This document shows, one piece after another, positions 12,436 through 26,300 of a DNA stretch of 64,000 bases. The notes under the pieces were generated by a model that was given only the letters and a program-made list of their open reading frames with translations, ran no database searches and had not been told where the DNA came from. The stretch covers positions 66,898,001-66,962,000 of the forward strand of contig OZ024745.1 in NCBI GenBank assembly GCA_964016885.1, given 5' to 3'. The stretch's first letter is position 1; every line of letters starts with the position of its first letter. The position numbers were made by a program, and so were the translations under genes. The DNA comes from Eledone cirrhosa. Lineage: Eukaryota.

Positions 12436-14009
12436 CTATAGTCAAACAGACTCACGTGGCTAGGGAAATAATTTAATATACCACCATCAGCATTCGCATA
12501 TTTGATATAGTGAGTTGAAGATATATCATAAACGATGCAATTAGTAGGAATCTATCATTCTATGAGTGATTGAAATATAAAGAAACACAAGCTAGGAACA
12601 CCATCTCAAAGTAATTAGTTAATTATAACGCGGAAAACGGGGAGAATACAGTGTAAGAGTGAATTCTGTATTTAAGCCAGCCGGTGAAATCATAGTATAT
12701 TAGACCTCCACATTGAAGCATCTTTTACTCATTTGTAATATGTCTGAAGAAAAGTATTTCAATGTAGCGTTCTGTATAGTGTAATTCAAATACAATAGAA
12801 TATTAAATAATTCTCACAGTGTATTGAAAGCTTCAATTAATTGAGATTAGCCTCACAAATATTGATATCATGACCATAGCTGTGGAAAATATCTCAGGAA
12901 AATGTTCTGCATACTAAATACGATCACAATGGGGTTTCCCTACATGTAATATAGTGTGTTGAAAAACTTAAATATAAAATTACATTAAGAAATATTTTAA
13001 ATTCCTATTAATAAAAAAAGTATTGTTATACAAAACGATACAATAATACTGACATCTAAGCGATAGATATATTTTCATTATCTTTTATCAACATAGATTT
13101 TCATCATACTAAGATATTTGTTGATTTATTGAATTTCATACATTTTATAAATGAATGCCAGTTTCCATTTTCTATATGTTAGCGATTCTTGTTTGCTTAT
13201 AGAAATATATTGTAATTTATTCTTTTGTTGCCTGAGACTCTAGACGAATGTGTTAAATGACTCTAAATAACATCTCTATTGCCTTTAACGCTAGAAGGAG
13301 CGGTATGCCATTAATATTTAGCTTTAGTTTAGTAAGAAAATATCACATTAGAGAAAATAAGTGAAACAACCAATTGATATCATTATAGTATGTTCAACAT
13401 TGTTGTCAAAAAAAATATAAATAAATAAGATTTTATGATTTAACGGAACCAAATTATTATTTTCAATATCGTTATAAAATAGCGTGGTTTCCTTTATGCT
13501 GTCTTTCTGTCTTTTGTCATATATTTATATTTGCATGTTTTAGATTATATTACACAAATGTACGTTCTAATTTAGATTATGCTTAGTTTGTAGAAATAAC
13601 GTTAAGGTAGAATTAGAGTTCATTAGTTGAAGAAATGTGGATCGCAATATGTCGATTGTGTACATTCAGAAACATAGGATTACATTCATATTCCTTTTCA
13701 TAGACGTCGTTATCATTACCTATTGACCAAAGCAATATGAAAATTACTATGATTATGTATTTTAATTAAATAACACACTGGCGTCATTCACAAAATTAAT
13801 GTTATATCATTACTATAAAATTGTCTCTATTACTTGGAAGTATATAGTATATAAATTCAAATCTAACCTATCGAAGCATATATTATAATAGCATGTGTAC
13901 CCGGTGATGTGAGAAGAGATATTAGGGTGAGATATTAGGATAATTTATCTGATATTCTTAACAGGTCTTACTGTAATAGAATTATCGCACGTTCGCTTAT
14001 ATATATATA

Positions 14010-14126
<117 letters not shown>

Positions 14127-14499
14127 ACATGAATTGGAAACGTGCGCTTTGGGAGAGATTTTGCGGCTTTTTATATTATAACCAGCTAACATATAGAAGT
14201 ATGTTACATTGGCACATGTGTAGATTTATGCATAAAACAGTAGATTGGTTTATGACTGGTAATAGAAAGTAAGAATGGATTTACTCCAAGGAAAACCTGG
14301 TGAACGTGAGATCTTTGGAAAAGCAATACAGAACTTTACAAAATTGAAGTCAATCAAATGTTTGTGTAATATGTTTTAAAATATCCAAACAACAAATAGC
14401 AAATCATACACGATATGGTATTGTGCGTGTGTGTTTTTAGTAGTTTTTAATGATACAGACAATTCATGTATATAGATGTAGAACTTTGATTATGTCATG

Positions 14500-14810
14500 T
14501 TTAAAGAAATTGCAAACATTTTTACTGCTGTTGACGCTGGAATTGATATTCACATTAGAAATGTTCCTATTTGGCAATCGATATACATTTCTATGTCCAA
14601 AATACCTTCATTATTGTGATTGATATCAGGTTATCAATGAACAATATTCTTCTGTATTATATGTTGATAGCTACTTTCTGACATACATGACTAAACCTCA
14701 CACAAATTATTTCAGTGATCCAAAGATTAACGCAATGTTCAAAGGGTTGCAGATATGTATGCTGTTGCCCTTGTTTCAAACCAAAGGTCTCCAAAATGTA
14801 TAACTTCAGC
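14500..14810 (-). mobile_element. Ancient non-LTR RT fragment
   Basis: Minus-strand GLKQG, SATLxNI-like and ILFIDNL (degenerate FADD) motifs occur in RT domain 4-5 order. Confidence 0.45.
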
Positions 14811-15484
14811 ATAAGTTTTAGACTATATTATAAATTAAACTTACGAAATTAATTTCCCTCTGCCATTCTGTGTTATAATTATTTAATCAATACATTTATA
14901 TTTCAAAAGATGAACATTTAGATTTTTTAAAAACAAAATTCTAGTTTAATTGAAAATAATTGCATACGCATATTTTCGACGTGCAATAGTCATTATAATC
15001 TAAGTTAAATTCACTAATTGATGCGTATGTTTCGTCGAATTTTATCAAAATACGTGCATACTCTATTATCTTCAAACAAGCTATTTCTTAATAGAGACAA
15101 TGGAATTCCTTTGTAATATGTATTTAGCATTTTATGTTGCTACATACCCAGACAAAATCAAAATCAAAATCGTTTTGAATCAACTTAAATGGCTAAATTT
15201 GATTCGTAAATGAATATGTTGTATCTATGTTTACTGAATGTATGTATCTATGTATGTATCTATTCGTAACTCTTGATGAGGGTGTAGGGGGGGGGGATAC
15301 TGACATACAGAGTTTCTTGTGAATTTGAAACCTGGCGGGCTCCATTCTTCTCCAGGATTAAACACAGACGATTTCTTCCAACAAGGGAGAGAGACGAATG
15401 AGATGGGAATTTTTGGAGATATGAAAGGAATATAATGGAAAAATCGACTCCAGTACTGTACCACAACGTTTGTATCGACTTCAA

Positions 15485-15880
15485 AATAATTGTTTCTACT
15501 TTTGACACAAGGCCAGCAATTACCCAGTACATTTCTGGTACTTTATTTTATCGACCCCGTAAGGTTGAAAGGCAAAGTTGACGTCGGCGAGATTTGAACT
15601 CATAATGGCAAAGGCTATAACTCTATGCGTCAAAGCATAGCGTTCGACTCTCTACCGATACTGCCAATCCACCGCCATCGACTTCAAAATAATTGTTTCT
15701 ACTTTTGGCACAAGGCCATCAATTATCCCAGTGCATTACTGGTACTTTATTTTATCGACCCCGTAAGGATGAAAGGCAAAGTCAACCTCGGCGGAATTTG
15801 AACTCAGATCGTAAAGGGACGTAACTATGCTGGAAAGCATGGTGTCTGACCCTCTACCGATACTGCCAATCCACCGCCAT
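15485..15880 (-). mobile_element. Two tandem SINE copies nested in an older SINE (15410-15985)
   Basis: Copies 15485-15677 and 15687-15879. The target atcgacttcaaaa occurs three times (~15474, 15678, 15880). The flanks join up into a diverged copy of the same family. Confidence 0.85.
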
Positions 15881-17609
15881 CGACTTCAAAACAATGAAAG
15901 GCAAACTAAACCTCGTTGAGATTTGAAATCCGTGTGCAGAGAGCCGGAATCAATGCCGCAAAGATTTTAATCCGACGTTCACCTCCTCAAATCGATTTTA
16001 TTGAAAATATGTATTTTATATTGAATATTAATATAATCTCTGCTAAGCAATATTCATGTTTCCAAAATAACAGTGATTTATAAAATTGGAGCATGAATAC
16101 ATATTTTCTGAAGAACGATATATATTTCCCGAGAAGTGATAATGCAGATAGATATCTATCAATATGAAATGTTTTATAAAATCGAATATATTATCTGAGC
16201 GTCAATATTTTCATGTCACACTTCACAAAGTATTCGATACAGTGTTTATTGCTAGGGCTTTATCTTATGGACATTTTATTTCAAATCCGAGTAACTAAAG
16301 ATTTTCACTAAATTATTCCACATATCAATATCATTAATCATTAAATTATTAATATCTTATATACAACAGCAATGAAATATAGTCGCAGCAGTGAGATTGA
16401 AGGCGGATTCGTGATATTATATGATTTATATTTTGTGTAGTAAGGCATAGCAACAACATAGAAGTAATGAAATGTGTACAAACACATAAACTGAAAATAA
16501 CTATTTATGACAATTTACTGAAGGATAAAATGTAAGGGTCATTCGAAGAATTTCAGGTGTTTTGTATAATTCTACTTGACGTATGACTCCAACTACACAC
16601 AAAAATGAAAACTGCATAGTAATACTTATTATTTGAATTAACCGTTTCCAAACAAATACAACGGAAAGAAACCAAATGGTAATTGCAAATCAAATATTCG
16701 TAAAGCAAAGTGAAAGGAGAAATTATAACGTGGCAAGATTGCCTATGAATCAAAGGAGTAAATAACAAGACTTTAGCTTTTAAACATTTAAGCTTTGTGT
16801 AAGGGGATCCTTCGAATCGAACAAGAAACCGCGTATTATTTGTCGTTGGATATAAGTTGTGTGAAACCCTTAGAGTTATATATTAAGTTCGTGACAAAAT
16901 AAATATACAACTAAAACATTTACACTTTAATAAGGGTATAAGGGGCAATCGACTTAAGAAAAGCTGTATTTACATTGATGAGAAGGAATTAGTAGATAGG
17001 GAAGTAGTCTTGAAAATCTTTCACAATTTTCCTACAATTAAAAATTAAATAAGTTAAAGATCAACATTAAATGGTATGCTCATACCAGTCATTGTGTGCA
17101 TGCATGAGCATGAACTGCGATCTGCTACTACCGATATATAATTAATACGAATATGATTTTAGTGTACTTTCTCACGAAACATAATTATAATTCATGCATA
17201 TCCGTTTGCTTACTTAGAACAAGTCATTGATACCAGACAAGTACACTGGACTGGAATTAATCAATAATCTATTAATCACACTTGAGTATAAATTTTTGTA
17301 ATAAGAAATAAGCGAAAATGGTTGATTAGATACTTGGAGACATGGGAAGAATGCCTTGTGGCGCGTAAGATATTTTGTCAATGTATTAGTGCACGTAACC
17401 AAACTGAAATAGCTGCATGATTTAACAAGAAATAGTGATTCATATATTCATCAATCTATATTTTAAAGCATATTTTATGTTATGTCTTATTATAATTTCT
17501 AGAATTGGAAAGTAGTAATAAATCATAATTTAATCTAAAACGTAAGGCTAGATTTTTGAACTGTGACTATGCATACATATGAATAGACTTAATATATATA
17601 TATATTAAT

Positions 17610-17704
17610 TCTAGAAGACCGTAACATATTTCAAATGCGACTGTACATGCTATATATATATATAGCATGTACAGTCGCATTTTAAATATGTTACGGTCTT
17701 CTAG
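17610..17704. repeat. (TA)n-centred palindrome
   Basis: ctagaagaccgtaacatatttcaaatgcgactgtacatgc-(ta)n-gcatgtacagtcgcattttaaatatgttacggtcttctag. Confidence 0.9.
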
Positions 17705-17798
17705 CGGAAATTAAGTATGCGTATAATTAAATTAAACACACTCTATATAATACGTTGATTCTAAATGTATTTCTCTTAACACACACACATACACACAT

Positions 17799-17858
<60 letters not shown>

Positions 17859-17908
17859 TTGTGTGTGTGTGTGTATATATATATGTATATATGTGTATAT
17901 ATATATGG

Positions 17909-17960
<52 letters not shown>

Positions 17961-18020
17961 ATATATATATATTTATTTATATATATATATGTATATATAT
18001 ATATAAATAAATATATATAA

Positions 18021-18092
<72 letters not shown>

Positions 18093-18123
18093 CTATCTAT
18101 ATATATATATGTATATATATATA

Positions 18124-18862
18124 TCATAAATGTTGTCCTTAGAATCACTAGATAAAATATATACCATTTCCTCTCCCAATTAGCATAATTAACCATATAA
18201 AAAATCAATTAGACCAAGCTATAAGAATAAAGGCTCCTATGAAGAAATTTTCGACAAATAACCGAAAGCCGCCTCTTCGCGGTGGCCACGATAGAGTATT
18301 TATCCAACATTTCAACAGCATGTAGAAACTGACCAAATATACCCTCAACCATACACAATTAGGTGTAAATTCAAACTTAGAAGAAATGTGTACATACCGT
18401 AATTATCTCTACCATGGTTTCGTCCGTATTTTAAGACATCCAATAACAGGAAATGTCCAGAGTTTCGGACTCATCAGGAGCAAACTCAAAATTAGACATT
18501 TAATTTTCCAAAGTGATCGCGCCAAAAATAGATTAAAAAATGGCTAAGAATCGTGACGTGGCAGTGGTCAAGTTACAAAGAATGTGATTAGTTGCTTACG
18601 GCGGATAGGCTTGTTGCTAGAAAGCGCAGCCCAATATCGCCCAATTGTATCTCAACCTAACAGGAGATTATTAGATATAAAGGTTTACATATACATAAAG
18701 TCATAGGTATATATATTTTCCAACCGGTCACGTGGTGGCTCAATGAAGAATTGATAAATTTAATAATCAGAGCAATATATCATAAATCATGTCATTAGAA
18801 TCACTAGATAAAATATATACCATTTCCTCTCCCAATTAGCATAATTAACCATATAAAAATCA
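18124..18862 (-). mobile_element. Non-coding, terminally redundant PLE-derived/retrozyme-like unit
   Basis: ~83-bp direct repeats at 18124-18207 and 18780-18862, (TA)n on both sides, an internal HHR and no ORF. Confidence 0.75.
18407..18480 (-). ncRNA. Type I hammerhead ribozyme with canonical core
   Basis: Minus strand: ctc CTGATGA gtccg[39 nt]cggac GAAAC catg GTA gag. Helix I ctc/gag, helix II gtccg/cggac, palindromic stem III ACCATGGT, GUA cleavage triplet. Confidence 0.8.
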
Positions 18863-18866
18863 TATA

Positions 18867-18919
<53 letters not shown>

Positions 18920-19053
18920 GTAGATAAATCTACCAAGAGTTTACGGTAGTGTCCAATCCGTATGAAGAACTCAATGTATTCCGGATATCATGGAAAGAAG
19001 AGATGTAATGAAAAATCACTTTCGGTGAAAGATAAACGGTATACAGAGTCAAG

Positions 19054-19374
19054 ATAAAATATTAAACAAATAATGAATAAACAATTCCTTATATTAAACA
19101 AAAAAAGTTCATTATTTAACGATCGTTTCTAGGATATATATGTGTTAGAATTGGTATGCATATTCAACAGATCTATGTACAAAATTATACAAAATTATAC
19201 AAATTATCAAGATTAAATATACATACCAACACATATATACGCCGTCTTCACATAGATCTGTTGAATATGCATACCAATTCTAACACATATATATCCTAGA
19301 AACGATCGTTAAATAATGAACTTTTTTTGTTTAATATAAGGAATTGTTTATTCATTATTTGTTTAATATTTTAT
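19054..19374. repeat. Fold-back inverted repeat, ~125-bp arms
   Basis: 19054-19178 and 19250-19374 are essentially perfect reverse complements. Contains a degenerate CTGTTGA...GAAACGATCGTT motif. Confidence 0.9.
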
Positions 19375-19421
19375 ATATATATATATATATATATTTGTAT
19401 ATATATATATACATATATATT

Positions 19422-20283
19422 TTCAGGTCATTACGAAGGTCCGACTTTCACCCCGCCCAGGCTTTGCCCTTCCTCTCAACCACATCATATTCCGTATTCC
19501 CAATCTTTGCTCCCAAATACAGGAAGTCCTCAACCAATTCTAGCGGCTTCCCGCCTACATTAGTGATCCCCTCTGGCTTCTCAACATTCTCTACCATATA
19601 TTTTGTTTTAGTCTCATTCATTCTCAGCCCCACACTGATCGACACAGTCTCAACCTCCTGCATCAGATCCTTTGCCTCCTTCACTGTATTTGTCACCAAA
19701 ACTATGACTTCGGCAAATTCAGCATCTGATATCTTTTTCACCTTAACTCTCCTGCTCTGAGCCGGTGCTACAATAAAGCTAGAGTCCTGGTATTTCTCCA
19801 GTGCAAGGCGCATACAATAGTCCACTACGTAAAGCACTGAAAGTCCGACTCCTCATTGCTGTAGTGGAGTCTGTGCTGCTGTACGGGTCTGAGACATGGA
19901 CACTGACCAAGAAACTCACTCAGATGGTGGATGAGTGCTACACGAGAATGCTGAGGATGGCTCTGAACATTAATCAGTATACACTGAGGATGAAAAACTC
20001 AGAGCTGTATGGGAGCATCCCAAAAGTCAGCTCAAAAGTGACACAGAGGAGACTGAGGTTAGCTGGACATGCTTACCGACATCCAGAGTAGACATTGCAC
20101 TCAGTGCTCCTGTGGGAGCCCCTACATGGACACAGTGGAAGAGGAAGTCCAAAGTTAACGTATGTTGATGCCCTAAGGACAGACACTGGTCTGTTGGAGA
20201 CGCAGGACATGGCAGCGATAATGATGGACAGAGACCGCTGGAGAAAACTCGTCCATGGATCTCGGGAATTTTATCCGCCCTAG
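19422..20283. mobile_element. RTE-clade LINE, 5'-truncated with inverted 5' segment
   Basis: Minus 19422-19830 gives DAEFAEVIVL (degenerate FADD)...GLRMNETKTK...FLYLG...KAW. Plus 19825-20283 gives ESVLLYGSETWTLT...RRLRLAGH...DRDRWR. Flanked by (TA)n. Confidence 0.88.
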
Positions 20284-20290
20284 AAAATAC

Positions 20291-20325
<35 letters not shown>

Positions 20326-20351
20326 CGTGTGTATGTGTGTGTGTGTGTGCG

Positions 20352-20386
<35 letters not shown>

Positions 20387-21749
20387 TGACTGTGGTTATT
20401 CCTGCTAGTATTCGCGAATTTGAACAACGAACTGCAGAATTTAATTATAACTCTTGAGCCAAAAGCGAAGAGTTTAACCTATCAAGTAATATAGTAAATC
20501 ATTGATGAATAGTTTGCTGACCTAAAAGGAGATACGAAGACCTTTTTACAGTAACTTCAATTTGCCATTAGCTCTTACCTACCGCTCATTATTCCTCTGA
20601 GCGCGTTAGAATATGTTTATTTAATCAAATTTAAATTGGGTAATTTTTACCTAAAATCTGTATATAATAGAAAATGCTATTTTGGTAGTTTTACCATTGA
20701 CTGTTTACAGTCAAATGTGTTTTGGAACTATATAATGTTTCCTGCTATTTTAGCAGGGCTCCATGTGTGTATATATGACTCTTAAATGAGGTTTCATATA
20801 AATAAATGTAGGACAATTATTCTCAATATCAGACACGCCAGCATCTTGTCTATTGCTTTAACAAATACGACGAAAATCCGCTGATTGTTGCTTTGGCAAA
20901 CTACTAAATATTTCCGCTAAACCTTGTTGCTCCCGTCATTGATATTTTTGTAATTTTATTGTTGCCATTTAGTTTCTTGTTTCAGGTTGTCACCATGTTT
21001 GCGTTCATCGATGTTACTACTATTGACGTAGTTGGTCATGCTGCTGACATCAATGTTGTCGTAACAGTTTCTATCACCTTATCATTACTGTTGCTTTCAC
21101 TAATATTTGTGTTGTTATAGCCATAGTAGTGATGGTGGTTGAGATGGTGGTGGCGCCGGGAGCGGTGGAGGCAGGAGTTTTCTTCTGACTGATATTCAAA
21201 ATAAATACGCTGCCTTATAGGGTTAAATACACATATTGATTCTGTTGCTTCTGACACTGCTTTTAGTGTTGTTATCGTTGCTGGTACTAGTGGTATGTTT
21301 TATTGGTGTTGTAGTAGTGGTGGTGATAAGGATGTTTGAGCTAGATTTCGGTAAGGCAAGAAACTAAATTTGATATTTTTGTGTGATTTCATGGGTTTTA
21401 TTGGTGCCTTTATTGTTGTTGTTCTTTTGTGACATGCTGGTGGTGACGTAAAGTCTAATTGACCTCTAGCTAATACAATCGTGGATCATTAGTTTCTCTT
21501 TCTTCAAAATGACGGGGAATCTTTTCCATTCCATGACGTGAAAAAGAAATAAAGATACCTATATTTAATGAATATAGTACTTTCCCCTACGACGTGGAAA
21601 AAAGGGAAAACTCACCGTTTAGCTAGGAACCCAGTCAGTTTCGGAACAAAAGATAAGATAAACAAAAGAACCGGAGCCATTGGAAGTTGTAGCATCCGGG
21701 AGATATCCCGTTGTTACTTGCATATAGATGAGTGATCAACATGTGTATG

Positions 21750-23006
21750 AAATACTAACACATGCCAAAGTACTGCCAACCACAACAACGAAACCCACAT
21801 TAAAAGAAATGCGATAGACGCAACTGTGGTATATGCATCAACCTAATAGAGGGTTCGGAATTCTATTTCAAAGAAGGACAACATTTTATAGTAAAACACA
21901 ATTTCACATGCGCATCAGAAAATCTAATATATGTATTAACTTGCTCAAGTTGTCGAGAACAATACATAGGCCAGACCAAAAACAACCTCCGCCAACGCAT
22001 GACTGTCCATAGATCCCAAATTAAAATACGGGAATACATGAAAATACCACTGAGTGAACACATGGATACCTGTGCCGCCCAAAATCATCCCAACTTTAGA
22101 ATCTTTCCCCTCTACAAATTTAAAGATAATGCCACCCACACCCAGCGCATCAGCAAGGATTCTCACTTTATTAACAAATATGGACCCCGTCTAAACACTT
22201 TTCCCTAAGACCAACCCACAACATACACACGTCAACATACATACCTACATCAGCATACATCATACATACATCTCTATCCACATATAAACACAATGACATA
22301 CGTAAACACACATGTTCTATGGTGCAACACAAATATACACAAATTTGCATACCTTTTGATGTCTGTAGATATAAACGTGCCGACACACACACATACATAT
22401 ACGCACACATGCATTGCACACTGATGGGCACATACATATTTGTACACAAGTATTCCAATACGGCAGGGCCTAATGGATTCCCCTTGCAATACGTACAATC
22501 TGGACACTCACACACACCTTGGTGTTATGACAATACTATATATCATTTCACCCCTTTTATTATTAATGTTTTTGATGTTCTCTTGAGAGAATCGTTTTTG
22601 CTGAAAATATCGAATAATGTACACCATTTTTACCAGTATCACAAAAATACTAGTCCACCCGCACACACACACAAACACACATATATACACACACACACAC
22701 ATATACACACACACATACAGACGCGTACACTAACATACAAAGAGACATATACACACACACTCACATACACACACACACTTCTCCGTATAAGACAACAGCT
22801 GAAAAATATCTTTCAACATGTTAAAATATCCCCCACACACGTACAGACACATTCCTACTGGCCGATCCCTCTACCACGAATTACTCTGCTACACACACAC
22901 ACACACATTTGTCTTAATAGGCACCTGAACTGTTGACCTTTCAACATGACTGCAATTCACACACACATCCCTACTAACCATTATCACAACAATGATCCTC
23001 TTCACT

Positions 23007-23037
<31 letters not shown>

Positions 23038-23450
23038 TATTTGTCTTAAAAACTTATTTTTCGGTGACTTCTCAATCAGGCGAAAAAGGACACTCCTACA
23101 TTTGGCGCAAAATCAATTTTTAACATTCACGTGACCTCTACCGACCAATCAAAATTGTTTTGACCACAAGAATTTTTGCAACACGAATTGGCGCGAAACT
23201 TATTTTAATACCTCTGGAGCCACTTCTTTCACATAAAACAGGTAGAATTTCCAAAACTGATCAGATTAGAGCAAACATCACGGGCGCTCTATCTCAAAAT
23301 TATTTTTGAAAAGCATTAGAAATGCGCAACCGGGAAAAACTTAAAACTAAAACTGAATACTAACCAATGCTTATTACTAATTTTTACTTATTCCTAATTA
23401 AATTATTTTTCACTGGGAACAATTTGTCAGCATTTTCTTTTCCTTTTACT
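21750..23450 (+). mobile_element. Penelope-like element 3' portion (GIY-YIG to 22208, then CA-rich 3' region)
   Basis: TCASENLIYVLTCSSCREQYIGQTKNNLRQRMTVHRSQI...LSEHMDTC...FINKYGPRLN. Same type as 1-590. Confidence 0.85.
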
Positions 23451-23521
23451 AATATATATATATATATATATGTATATATGTGTGTGTGCGTGTGCGTGTG
23501 CGTGTGCGTGTGCGTGTGCGT

Positions 23522-23616
<95 letters not shown>

Positions 23617-23637
23617 TGTCTGTGTGTGTGTGTGTGT

Positions 23638-24318
23638 AAAACTTCTATTTAAATTGTTGGGATACAACAAGCAAATCTTTTTATAACTGATATTAAGCAC
23701 TCAACAAATATTTAGAGTAAAAATACGATATTAACAAATGGAAACTATATTTATAAAACCATATTTATTTCATTATACATATTTCAAGGACACCAAGTTA
23801 AATTATGGCGTGCTTTCATCAGATAAAATATAATATAGATCAGTTTTATAAATAAATATTGACATACCCTTAAAGAATGCAACCATTACTGTTGGAAGCT
23901 CCCGGGTAGTGGAGTTGTAGCTTTAATTATATTATTAGTATTGGATATTTTAAAAATAAGCCATTGGGTTACGGAGAAAGAGAAAGATAGAGAAGGAAAG
24001 AGAGATTTTCTCTCTCTGTTGTTCTGCTCTCTCTCTCTCTCTCTCTTTCCTTCTCTATCTTTCTCTTTCTCAGTAACCCAACGGCTTATTTTAAAAATAT
24101 CCAATACTAATAATATAATTAAAGCTACAACTCCACTATCCGGGAGCTTCCAACAGTAATGGTTGCATTCTTTAAGGGTATGTCAATATTTATTTATAAA
24201 ACTGATCTATATTATATTTTATATGATGAAAGCACACCATAATTTAACTTGGTGTCCTTGAAATATGTATAATGAAATAAATATGGTTTTATAAATATAG
24301 TTTCCATTTGTTAATATC

Positions 24319-24322
<4 letters not shown>
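23638..24322. mobile_element. Fold-back PLE pseudo-LTR element with HHR-like motif
   Basis: Arms 23723-24005 and ~24035-24322. Minus strand of the left arm: CTGATGA aagcacgcca-loop-tggtgtcctt GAAATAT. Same family as 50615-51229. Confidence 0.88.
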
Positions 24323-24367
<45 letters not shown>

Positions 24368-24489
24368 ATTTCGCTTCAAGCATAGCTTTATACAATAATT
24401 CGTATCTCCAACGATTTTAGGAAGCCGCTGCTATGCAAACATCGGGAGCTAACGCCCTCTCGTGATGTCCAGCAGAAGCAATACCGAAA

Positions 24490-24539
<50 letters not shown>

Positions 24540-25439
24540 TATGTATACACATATACATACTGTCTACATGCATATCATGAAAATATTATACATTTGCTAT
24601 GTAGTTTATCTGAAGAGGACATGTTTTGCTTTATGTTATACATAAAACTTTACATCTTCAAAATATATATAATAAAATAAATAGAGATGATATAAAGTAT
24701 ATATATGTTTCGTTTATTACTATCATATATATATGTGTGTGTGTGTGTGTATGTGTGTGTGTGTGTGTATTGGAATTTCGTATTTCTAAAGAAACACGAT
24801 ATGTTTATAGATGCACATTTAGAAAGCCGTAACTATGCAGAGACACCCGGGACTATTTCCCTCTTGTGGTATCCAGCAGAAGTAAGGAGCACAATGATCG
24901 ATGCATTTTGAACTTAACTGGTTCTCATCATCAGGACGATCCCACTCTTGCGAGAATATATAGTTTTCTCGTCTGTGTAGATGAAGTGGTTAATCTCATT
25001 TGCATATGAATTTGCATAAGTCGGCTCAACTTATAATAGAATAGAATCTGTATACAGCTATGTTTGAAGCTAAATCTTAATTCTATTCAATTATAAGTTG
25101 AGCCAATTATTGCAGCTTCAATAAGGACGAACCAATAGATTAAAGACGAACTAATATAAACTAATTTCGTTAAACGTTATATGTGTAAATTAAAGACTAC
25201 TCTACTGCAGATCAAACTGAGAATTACAAGAAATTAACAGACCTGTCTTCTACTAACAGCTGCATCCAATACGTTAACCATATTGTACTTGGGTACAATG
25301 TTATGAAAGCACGAGAAACAGTACTTTTATGACCCACCTGATGGTCATACCCGTGGATGATAAATAAATTGTAATACTACTACATTGAATGCGCCAAAGC
25401 AAGCTTGAAGCGAAGGAAATTAATTACGTATTAGCTTAA

Positions 25440-26300
25440 TAATTAAAACAGATAAATATATAGCAAAGGGCAATAGGCACTAATATTCTAGCAATCCATC
25501 CAATAAATTATAGATATTATGTTATAAACTGACACCTGAATAAATTGGTAATATTATTCATAAAATGGATAAGGCAATGCTTGGGCCTAGATAACACCAC
25601 TCAAATTTGGCTATAGAAATATTAAGGTACGGACCTTCTGCAAATAGAAACCTATTAGAAAATATTCACATTAGAACTACAAATATATTTCATTAATGCA
25701 AATGGAACACAGATACAAGTAGCTACAAAATACAAAATATAAAGACAACAAGAATATATCAGTTTTTCATGAAGAAACTCAACACATAAATGTTGTAACT
25801 TCAGACAAATGTAAAGGGAAATAAGGTTCAACCACATAAATTGTGAACAATCTAAAATAGAGTCAGGGTCCCATGCTAATGCGGTGATATATAGTCAAAT
25901 ACGAAAGCAACAAACTAAAACAGAACGGTGTACAAATAGGTAATTATAAATCACAGACGAGGCTGGGAATCTATCTAATAGTTAATCAATTGACTGGTAT
26001 ATCAGCTGTAAGTATTTTGAGACCCGAGATCCGATGGCTGTACATCCCGGAAAACATATTTTCGTATCATACAAAAGGCATTAACAATACTGTGTTATGG
26101 TATAAGTGATGAGGAAAAGCCAAAGTATAAACAAAGACTAACCGCAAAAACGAACAGGCGGATAATACTTACGTCAACTGTAATGAACAAACATTAAAAC
26201 ATGGATTTCAATGACAAATACATCAGAAATGTCATATATAAACAAAGGAAAACCAACTAAGATCTAAATGTTAAAGATATACCCTAAATGTTGCAACTGA
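25440..26300 (-). pseudogene. Decayed intronless family-B (adhesion/methuselah-like) 7TM GPCR
   Basis: Ordered minus-strand segments: TM1 LVFLCLYMTFLMYLSLKSM, TM3 SQFMWLNLISLYICLKL, ECL2/TM5 WCYLGPSIALSIL*IILPIY, TM6-7 FIGWIARILVPIALCYIFICFN. Multiple stops and frameshifts. Confidence 0.55.

Noticed and set aside
21000-21330. His/Thr-rich ORF 21036-21257
   Set aside because: Low-complexity GTT/GGT trinucleotide decay.
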